Source: Promethearchaeota archaeon (lineage in GTDB: Archaea; Asgardarchaeota; Hermodarchaeia; Hermodarchaeales; Hermodarchaeaceae). Taken from it: a stretch of DNA of 32,000 nucleotides. Below are positions 25,753 through 32,000 of this stretch, piece after piece. The stretch lies in NCBI GenBank assembly GCA_048939595.1, contig JBHLPI010000014.1, positions 3,169 to 35,168 on the forward strand, written 5' to 3'. Under the pieces are notes generated by a model, which searched no databases, had not been told where the DNA came from, and was given only the letters and a program-made list of their open reading frames with translations. Both the position numbers and the translations under genes were made by a program. Positions within the stretch are counted from its first letter, which is position 1. Every line of letters starts with the position of its first letter.

Positions 25753-26897
25753 TTATTGAAGTTCGTCGAAAGTGTGCACACGCATTTTTGCAGGTTTTTT
25801 AACGATATTCCCGATACGAACGCCAATAATTAATTCGATGCCCCGATCTTCAGCGATATCAATCAGGCGTTGTGTCACAACACCATCAAGGATAAGTGCT
25901 TTTGCCTTTTTGAGTTGCTGTAATTCATTTGCGAGTTCGCCGACATGTGTTTCTTTGACCTGTTTAAACTTGTCATCTAATATGACAGCCATCATTGTTT
26001 GTTGAATTTTTTCAGCCGAACTAAGAACAGGGGGTGGGATTCCCAAATCTTTAGGTGCTTCTTCCAGTTTTTCGGCTTTCTTCACTTTGGTTCGTGTACG
26101 GCGGGATTCTTTGAGTTTCTTTGCAGGGGTTCTATGCATCCTTTTCTTTTCCTTAGGCTTCTCCGTTGTTGATTTGGTTTTTCGTTTAGTTTTACCAATC
26201 ACTTGTTGGGCTGGAACCTTATTCCGGAGTGCTTTTGTCACTTCTTTGTGGGTTAGTTCCTCAACTTCTCTCCCTGTGGGGGCTCGTGCGATATAGTCAA
26301 TTTGAATAACTTGGGAGAGTTCTTTTAAAATTAAATCGCCGCCCCGGTCACCATCAAGGAAAGCAGTAACGGTTTTGTCTTTTGCAATATCTGAAATGGA
26401 TTTTGGTATCGATGTTCCTTCAACTGCCACGGCATTCTTGACTCCAGAACGCAAGAGGGCAAGAACATCGGCTCGTCCTTCGACGATGATGATATTTTTC
26501 GATGTTTTTGCATTCGGTCCCGCCGGTAATTTTTCTTTGCCAAGTTTAATAATCTCTGCTGTTCGGGATTCTCGAAGAACCGTATCAGTCATTTCTAGTG
26601 AATCAGGAGATATTTCTCCTTCCCAATCTCGTAATATATCGACGGCTCGATCAATGATCTGTTTTCGTTTCTCTTCTCGGACATCCTCAAGTTTTTCAAG
26701 AGTTATCTTTGCAGCACAGGGACCTACTCTATCGACTGTTTCCACAGCAGCCGCAAGAATTGCTGTTTCTGTTCTATCAAGGCTACAAGGGATGGTAATG
26801 ACACCCTGTGATTTTCCACTTTCCGAATGAAGTTCGACTTTTATTCGACCAATTCGCCCCGATTGTTGTAATTCTCTTAAGTCCAAATCTTCACCGA
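25753..26897 (-). CDS. dnaG: DNA primase DnaG (archaeal Toprim protein), proposed exon 2
   Basis: ...GEDLDLRELQQSGRIGRIKV, Toprim core IIIVEGRADVLAL...FLDGDRGGD, and a lysine-rich linker. The listed ORF begins at an internal TTG (26886); the frame is open back to 26910. Confidence 0.85.
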
Positions 26898-26925
26898 TTA
26901 CCCCTTCACATCAGCGATATGAAGT
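26898..26925 (-). other. Candidate 28-nt bulge-helix-bulge intron within dnaG mRNA
   Basis: GCCU|ACA|9-bp hairpin (26904-26924)|GGGU|AAU. The 4-bp helix is flanked by 3-nt bulges on opposite strands. Removal restores the frame and the GQTEGLLGEDLDLRELQ motif. See finding. Confidence 0.55.
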
Positions 26926-27049
26926 GTAGGCCCTCCGTTTGGCCAAAGAGAGCACCTACCACATCGGGGGTTTCAACTACTCCATCAATTTCGATTTTTC
27001 CACGAATACAATACTTAGTAGTACCAGTTCCTTCTGCATTTGCTCCCAT
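26926..27049 (-). CDS. dnaG: DNA primase DnaG, proposed exon 1 (N-terminal 41 codons + 1 nt)
   Basis: The ATG at 27049 lies 5 nt after AGGTGG. It encodes [41 protein letters not shown], the conserved DnaG N-terminus. Unspliced, this frame stops at 26906-26908. Confidence 0.7.
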
Positions 27050-27186
27050 AATCGCCACCTAGTAAGAGTGATTTTCGATGTTTAGTGTGGGCGTTTGAGT
27101 TTGAATACGCCATTTTTTGCTCAATTTGTTATGATGATTATGAAATATGGTAAGCGTGATGTAACCAACCTCACGAAGAAACGGCA

Positions 27187-27606
27187 TTAAAACTTTGTGC
27201 CTTTCGGAGTTTTGTCAATTTTTTTAAGTCCTTCTATTACTCGTACTCGCCAGCAAAACGCTCTCCGTAACTGATGACGTTCTCTATGCAGGATTGTTAC
27301 TTTACGCCCTTCAAGCTGGTTAATAAGGTGCCGTGTAAGTTGCCCTCCACGTCGGTCAAAATCAAATAGAATTAGTAGACGCTGCGAATTGGCAAGTTCA
27401 TCAGCTAGGCCAACAATATTATGTCCGGCTAGTGAATGTATGGGTCCAGTTAACCCCAGTTCACGTAAAGCTGCTATATCCTTGAGTCCCTCGACTACAA
27501 TTACAACTCCTTCTTGCGAGAGCTCACTTAGCAGCTTTAGTCCTTTTTCAAAGCTCTCGATGAGCCTTTCCTGCTTTGATTGTGTTAATTTTCGTTGAGA
27601 GGGCAT
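27187..27606 (-). CDS. Small Toprim-domain protein (RNase M5-like / COG1658-type)
   Basis: VVIVVEGLKDIAAL (Toprim Glu) and LILFDFDRRGG (DxD); 139 aa. Directly upstream of dnaG on the same strand. Confidence 0.65.
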   Translation of the reverse strand: MPSQRKLTQSKQERLIESFEKGLKLLSELSQEGVVIVVEGLKDIAALRELGLTGPIHSLAGHNIVGLADELANSQRLLILFDFDRRGGQLTRHLINQLEGRKVTILHRERHQLRRAFCWRVRVIEGLKKIDKTPKGTKF

Positions 27607-27684
27607 TGAATCCGCCTATTTGACTTGTTTGGATGCCAATGAGCCTTTTTCTTATATGTCTCTTCATCGAGGTCTCATACATCG

Positions 27685-28833
27685 ATGTACTTTTATATCA
27701 CACAGAACAAGCCCGATTCACACAGGTGTGTGCCAGTGAACAGCCTTCCACCGAGCGTAAAGACAATTGTGAATCATACCCAAGAAGTACTTACCATCGA
27801 AGATTTAGTTAATATTTTTTCACGCCAAGAGAAACCTCGTGGGTATATCGGTGTTGAACCCAGCGGGTTATTTCATATAGGTTGGATTGGCTGGGTTCAG
27901 AAACTGAATCAACTGGTTGACTTGGGAGTTCGAATGGAAATTCTTCTAGCAACCTGGCATGCCCAAGTTAACGACAAATTTGGTGGCAGCATTGAGAAAA
28001 TTCGACGATGTGCCGAATACCTTCGCCACTGCTTTGTCGCACTTAAGGTCGACACCACTAAAGTACACATTGTAACCGCCGAGGACTTGATGCGCCGACT
28101 TGAGTATTGGGAGCGGCTCTTACGGGTGGCCAAGAACCTCACTCTTGCTCGCGTTCGACGTTCTACTGATATAATGGGTCGAAGTGAAGAAGAAGCGGCA
28201 ATTGACTTTTCTAAACTCATTTACCCGCTATTGCAAGTAACAGATATTATCGATCAACGATATGAAATCTGCTTGTCGGGAATGGATCAGCGTCGTGCAC
28301 ATGTGCTGGCACGTGAGGTAGCAGATAAGATGAAGATAGGATGGAAACCAATTGGCATTCATATGCCTCTTCTTCCTGGTCTAACTGGCACAGCACGAAT
28401 GGATGTTGCATCGGAGTTCTCAGCGCAAGATCTTGCGATTGAATTAAAGATGTCAAAATCAAAACCTGGTGATGCAATTTTCATCCATGACTCCGTTCGA
28501 GAAATTAGGCGAAAGATCAAAAATGCTTATTGTCCTGCCAAAGAAGTAGACAATAATCCCGTTCTCAGTTATATTCGAAACATCCTCTTCGTTCAAGAGG
28601 ACTACACATTTCACCTCGAACGAGCACCCAAATATGGTGGCCCATTAAGCCTTACTAGCGCCGATGAGCTCGAATCACTTTATGCCGCGGGGGCAATTCA
28701 TCCTCTAGATTTGAAAGAAGCTACGACTAAGGCCTTATGTGATTTTCTTGCGCCAATCCGTGATTACTTCAAAGAAAATCCTGAGGCTAAGAAATTATAC
28801 CAGGAAATATCAGATTTCCAGATAACACGGTAA
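27685..28833 (+). CDS. tyrS: Tyrosyl-tRNA synthetase (archaeal/eukaryotic type)
   Basis: GVEPSGLFHIGW (HIGH-type), LLATWHAQVNDK, YPLLQVTD, SGMDQRRAHVLARE, KMSKSKP, NAYCP...NNPVL. GTG 27736, 7 nt after AGGTG, is a plausible alternative start. Confidence 0.85.
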   Translation: MYFYITQNKPDSHRCVPVNSLPPSVKTIVNHTQEVLTIEDLVNIFSRQEKPRGYIGVEPSGLFHIGWIGWVQKLNQLVDLGVRMEILLATWHAQVNDKFGGSIEKIRRCAEYLRHCFVALKVDTTKVHIVTAEDLMRRLEYWERLLRVAKNLTLARVRRSTDIMGRSEEEAAIDFSKLIYPLLQVTDIIDQRYEICLSGMDQRRAHVLAREVADKMKIGWKPIGIHMPLLPGLTGTARMDVASEFSAQDLAIELKMSKSKPGDAIFIHDSVREIRRKIKNAYCPAKEVDNNPVLSYIRNILFVQEDYTFHLERAPKYGGPLSLTSADELESLYAAGAIHPLDLKEATTKALCDFLAPIRDYFKENPEAKKLYQEISDFQITR

Positions 28834-28850
28834 CCTGATAACCTTTCAAT

Positions 28851-29705
28851 TCACCTTTCAAAGACACGAATGTCTAGCACGAAATGATCATACCGCGGGC
28901 TATAACTCTTGATTGTCCGTGTTTCCAGTAGTTCTACATTACGGTTCATCGACGAAGCGAGCTGTTGCATCTTCAAAAGCAGTTCTCTGCCCGAAGCCTT
29001 TTTGGGGCCAATCTCATGAACATGCATTGTTCCTCCCGCTTGAAGGCATTCTATTCCTTGCTTTAGATAGTTCTCGGTCCCTTGAATTAATCCCATTATC
29101 ACCCGATTAGCTTGACCTTTACAAATAGCGGGTGTAATTTCTCCTGTATCGCCGAAATGGGGAAAGACAATACTAGACACTCTATTTGCTCGTATATTCT
29201 GTTCAAGATAGTTGAATGCATCTGGATTCCATTCGATAGCATGGATGATATTAGGTCTTGCATGTACAGCCATGGGTAGGGATAATTGCCCAATCCCCGC
29301 GAACATATCCACGACATATTCGCCAGAACCTAGTTGGCTCATCCGAAGGCGTTCTGCTTTATTACCAACAGAAAACATCACCTTCATTGGGTCAATATAA
29401 AACACCACACGGTTTTCGCGAAAGACTGTCTCTGTTTTAGGTGAACCCGCAATGAGCTCGACAGCTGGCTGGCGGAAGGGTCCTGTGATTGCGTCAGTTC
29501 GGCGTAAAACAGATTTGATTTTTGTGTCATACTTCAATATGGCTTGTCCAATAAGTTCCTTGAATACTTCTAATTGCGGATGTAGCCAAAGAATCCCTAC
29601 ATGACCGAGAATACGAAGGCGCCGTGGTAAAAGTTCAGGAGCGATCTGATCACCTAACTCGGTTTGAAGGAACTGAAAAAACGTCTTTCGGCGACGGCGG
29701 GGAAT
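28851..29705 (-). CDS. taw2: Taw2 / Trm5-family SAM-dependent tRNA modification enzyme (wyosine pathway aTrm12-like); proposed AUU start
   Basis: VVDMFAGIGQLSLP, AIEWNP, RVIMG, YSPRYDHFVLDIRV. The conserved N-terminal segment ELLPRRLRILGHVGILWLHPQLEVFKELIGQAIL lies upstream of the listed TTG (29537). ATT 29703-29705 sits 6 nt after AGGTGA. Confidence 0.7.
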   Translation of the reverse strand: MPRRRRKTFFQFLQTELGDQIAPELLPRRLRILGHVGILWLHPQLEVFKELIGQAILKYDTKIKSVLRRTDAITGPFRQPAVELIAGSPKTETVFRENRVVFYIDPMKVMFSVGNKAERLRMSQLGSGEYVVDMFAGIGQLSLPMAVHARPNIIHAIEWNPDAFNYLEQNIRANRVSSIVFPHFGDTGEITPAICKGQANRVIMGLIQGTENYLKQGIECLQAGGTMHVHEIGPKKASGRELLLKMQQLASSMNRNVELLETRTIKSYSPRYDHFVLDIRVFER

Positions 29706-29719
29706 TGTACTTCACCTGA

Positions 29720-30030
29720 AGGCAAGTAGTTTGAAGAAGTGGTGGGTCGCGCCTGCTCTGCAGACCGATACACTAACGCCCCGTTATCATCGGTGGGCAA
29801 ACGCCGTAATTCCTCCTACAGGTCCTCTCTTAATATGTCGGGCATGATGAGCGTTTTGCGACCCGGCGTTGAAGTGTGGACATCGTGGGTTGCCCCCACA
29901 GTCACATCTTGACGACACGTCATAGATCATGCAGGAGCCTGTCACATGCCGCATAACCTTCAACGCTGCTCCAGTGTCGCCACAAATTTGCACGAATCCT
30001 CATCAGAGGGATTCCTCAGATTCGTCCTCG
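29720..30030. ncRNA. Unassigned GC-rich, helix-rich intergenic block (candidate structured RNA; strand and family unknown)
   Basis: The intergenic gap is about 390 nt in a compact genome, and its GC content is clearly above the neighbours, as for the SRP RNA, tRNAs and 5S rRNA. Nested perfect helices: 29866-29874/29958-29966 (9 bp), 29764-29769/29789-29794 (6 bp) enclosing 29774-29778/29782-29786 (5 bp), and 29885-29889/29895-29899 (5 bp). Confidence 0.35.
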
Positions 30031-30094
30031 ATAGTGGCAATTATCCTTTCATTGCTAATAACAAAACGGAAACGGCGCCTCATAAAGACTTCCA

Positions 30095-30604
30095 CTATTG
30101 ATTCGAAATGCGCTGGTAAATAATCCGCCCATCTCGATCGATTTGCCCTGCTCGAATTCGCGTGGAGGAAATCGAAATTTGGTCTTCGGCTTTGACCATA
30201 GTCAACACCGCAATGTGTAGAAGAGGTAAATTGTGCTCCAGTCGAATTTCATTGATTTCTTTGGCAACTGGACATGTGTCTTCACTAACTACAATCAAAT
30301 CTAACTCGGGCATGGTGATTGCGGGTCCGTATTTATTACGTAAGGGGCGGATAATATAGCGGTCACTATACCCTTCGCCATTCAACCATTTTTCTAATTC
30401 AGTCCGGCGTTCATCATAGCTAGCAATGATTTCCCAATCAGGTTTGTGTTTTACCATTCCTTGGGTTGTTAATCCGATTAGGACTTGTTTACCTAGTTCA
30501 AAGGCTCGCCGGAGGAGGGTCTTGTGTCCCTTATGCAAGCGGTCGAATGTTCCACCAATAGCTGCCCATTCATATGGTGGTTCCGACAAGACACAATACC
30601 TCAT
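30095..30604 (-). CDS. coaD: Phosphopantetheine adenylyltransferase (archaeal cytidylyltransferase-fold PPAT)
   Basis: AIGGTFDRLHKGHKTLL (H-x-G-H nucleotidyltransferase motif) and ISSTRIR; 169 aa. Confidence 0.75.
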   Translation of the reverse strand: MRYCVLSEPPYEWAAIGGTFDRLHKGHKTLLRRAFELGKQVLIGLTTQGMVKHKPDWEIIASYDERRTELEKWLNGEGYSDRYIIRPLRNKYGPAITMPELDLIVVSEDTCPVAKEINEIRLEHNLPLLHIAVLTMVKAEDQISISSTRIRAGQIDRDGRIIYQRISNQ

Positions 30605-30667
30605 TTCTTGCTCTGAGGTTCTGCTGAAAAAGCTTTACCACAAGCCAAGAAACGAAAAACTTTCGGT

Positions 30668-31774
30668 TTAGCCGATACCAACAGTGTTACCAATACCTGC
30701 GATAACGATTGTGTCTCCTTTCTCCGTTAATTCCAAGATGTATTCTTTCATTTTTTCAATGACTTTTGGAATTGCATCCACAAGGGCTTTCTTCAGGGGA
30801 GTCAGGGCATCTTCCAAAGATTCTTTGATTACAATGGCGTCTGTAGGGATTTTATGCTCAAGACCAGAAATTTCCATCTTGTATTTTTCCACTCCCGCGC
30901 CACCAATTGCCGGACCGGCTCCCTCAATAACTTGGCCAGTATCTTCCCCTTCAAGTTTCAAACCGGCATCAACAGTGATAATTCGTGCAACTTTGCCTTT
31001 CTTGCGTTTGACAACTTCCTCAATCCCTTTACCCGGTTTACCAACTTGGCTTCCGGGTCCTTCCGCACGAATGAACCACAAATTACGCCCTTCAAATTCA
31101 CCAGAAAATGCGACTGTGTGTTTGGCAATTGTCTCTGGCTCATTGGCTTTGATTTCTCTGGCAAAATGAGCCACTGCAAGTGGACCCATTCCGTCACCAA
31201 TGGGTTTTCCATCAGCAAAAGCGCGAGTCGCCTCAAAGTAGGCTTTTGCCATTTGGAGAATCTCAGGCAGTTGCATCTGCAGCTGCATCGTGTAGTAAAT
31301 GCTTTTAGTCTTTTTTCCGAGTAAATAGAAATGCCGAACTACCCGAAAGACATAGTATAGGGCATGGGCTCCGGATAGGACTGCTTCAGCATTTGCTTGT
31401 TCAACTGGAGATGCCTTGGTTGCAATCTTTGCCACGTGTTCCTCATGTCGTACTTCCCTTACGTCCAACACATGCTCAAGTCGCTGAATATATCCCGCGG
31501 GATCTAAATTGACTGGCTCAATCACAAAGAACTCGAGGAACTTGTCAAGTGTTGACTTGATTACCTTCTCTTCAACCTTTAAATCCTTGAACGTCTGGGT
31601 TGCGATGTTCCTTCCCTGTTTTGCAAGCACTTCAAGTTGCTTTACACCTGCCTCAGCTTGACGCTGCCAAATGTAGGACTGTAACCGCGTGCCATAGAGG
31701 TAGATGAACATGAAAAAGACTAGAAAGATAATCTGAAAAATCCAGTTGAAATCAACGAGTGGGATTTGAAACAT
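30668..31774 (-). CDS. DUF1512-family archaeal protein with N-terminal membrane anchor
   Basis: N-terminal TM segment (WIFQIIFLVFFMFIYLY) followed by a soluble domain typical of DUF1512. ATG 31774 sits 5 nt after AGGTGA (31780-31785). A T-rich TATA-like box lies near 31822-31832. Confidence 0.6.
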   Translation of the reverse strand: MFQIPLVDFNWIFQIIFLVFFMFIYLYGTRLQSYIWQRQAEAGVKQLEVLAKQGRNIATQTFKDLKVEEKVIKSTLDKFLEFFVIEPVNLDPAGYIQRLEHVLDVREVRHEEHVAKIATKASPVEQANAEAVLSGAHALYYVFRVVRHFYLLGKKTKSIYYTMQLQMQLPEILQMAKAYFEATRAFADGKPIGDGMGPLAVAHFAREIKANEPETIAKHTVAFSGEFEGRNLWFIRAEGPGSQVGKPGKGIEEVVKRKKGKVARIITVDAGLKLEGEDTGQVIEGAGPAIGGAGVEKYKMEISGLEHKIPTDAIVIKESLEDALTPLKKALVDAIPKVIEKMKEYILELTEKGDTIVIAGIGNTVGIG

Positions 31775-31870
31775 CACTGTCACCTGTTGCAAGATAGTGT
31801 CGGAACGGATTCAACACGAAATAAAAACCTTTGCTTACAGTCAACTCACAACCCTTAAGACCGGAAAAGA

Positions 31871-31993
31871 AGTGGCGCAGTTCACACTTTTTCCGACACC
31901 TCTCGGATATCAGTACTCAGCGTGACGAAACCGGCTTAACTTCCGGGATCTGACGAGACCGGGTGTGACCCAGCTTCTATGACCGCGCCACCC
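31871..31993 (-). rRNA. rrf: 5S ribosomal RNA
   Basis: Minus strand GUGGCGCGGUCAUAGAAGCUGGGUCACACCCGGUCUCGUCAGAUCCCGGAAGUUAAGCC...CCGAGAGG...CUGCGCCAC. The termini pair, and CUUCUUUUCC follows the 3' end. Confidence 0.85.
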
Positions 31994-32000
31994 AGCAGGA

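Noticed and set aside
25155-26830. Long antisense ORFs opposite atpD and dnaG (25155-25688, 26375-26830). Similar shadows occur at 30684-31324 (opposite DUF1512), 3650-4074, 21990-22334, 23238-23741 and 27909-28220
   Set aside because: They are low-complexity, Ser/Arg-rich shadow frames of well-supported genes on the other strand, with no motifs and no start context.
26896-26932. Programmed +1 frameshift at AUG-UGA-A, or gene-60-style translational bypass, as the explanation for the dnaG interruption
   Set aside because: A +1 shift would insert 10 residues (HFISLMEGVI) into the middle of the invariant GQTEGLLGxDLDL motif. There are no matching take-off and landing codons for a hop. The BHB geometry and the exact 28-nt restoration are more parsimonious. 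These alternatives are still listed as refutation tests in the finding.
29720-30030. RNase P RNA as the identity of the GC-rich intergenic block
   Set aside because: Neither strand contains the near-universal GAGGAAAGUCC (CR-I) or ACAGAAnCCGGCUUA (CR-V) elements. The closest strings (GGAGGAAUUACGGCG and ACAAUUCCCCGCCGU on the minus strand) are in the wrong order and spacing for a P4 helix. The block is kept only as an unassigned RNA candidate.
29998-30030. CUGAUGA box (minus strand, about 30002-30008) as a hammerhead core or C/D-box sRNA; also AUGAUGA on the plus strand at 29844-29850
   Set aside because: There is no stem II plus GAAA arrangement for a hammerhead. There is no CUGA D-box at a suitable distance downstream of either C-like box.
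29787-30083. Small ORFs in the GC-rich block: a 68-aa Cys/His-containing ORF (29787-29993, minus) and a 26-aa ORF MRRRFRFVISNERIIATIEDESEESL (30003-30083, minus)
   Set aside because: No SD or recognisable family. Random ORFs are expected in GC-rich non-coding sequence. The weak resemblance of MRRRFRF to the PRRRRKTFFQF start of taw2 did not hold at the nucleotide level.
1-32000. CRISPR arrays, cas genes, toxin-antitoxin pairs or other defence islands
   Set aside because: No regularly spaced direct repeats and no recognisable defence-gene motifs were seen on either strand. The only nuclease-type accessory genes are the LAGLIDADG and TnpB-like ORFs reported above.

Overview
Archaeal chromosomal segment. 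The diagnostic genes are PAN, TFE, MBF1, aPelota, NAC, archaeal DnaG, aTrm56, Taw2, Hel308 and an A-type ATPase D subunit. Coding and intergenic DNA looks AT-rich (roughly 40-45% GC by eye), while the stable-RNA genes are GC-rich. Genes are densely packed on both strands and are mostly information-processing or tRNA-modification housekeeping genes. RNA genes: three tRNAs (Pro, Ser, Val; all with genome-encoded CCA, two carrying non-canonical introns), an SRP (7S) RNA and a 5S rRNA at the window edge. Accessory content is small: a free-standing LAGLIDADG endonuclease-like gene, a frameshifted TnpB-related gene flanking the SRP RNA, and an orphan secreted protein. No CRISPR array or defence island was recognised. 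Main result of the hunt: dnaG (primase) is split inside its most conserved motif by a 28-nt element. That element folds into the same bulge-helix-bulge architecture as the three tRNA introns in this window, and its removal restores the frame and the consensus motif exactly, so it is a candidate mRNA intron. Other points: (i) three conserved genes (Taw2, UPF0201, PUA protein) have homologous N-terminal coding sequence but no ATG/GTG/TTG start, and two of them have an SD-like box 6 nt before ATT/ATC; (ii) an unassigned ~300-nt GC-rich, helix-rich intergenic block is a candidate structured RNA; (iii) the TnpB-related gene lacks the zinc finger and the third RuvC aspartate and carries perfect stem-loops at its 3' end. 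All family assignments come from motif recognition by eye; no searches were run.
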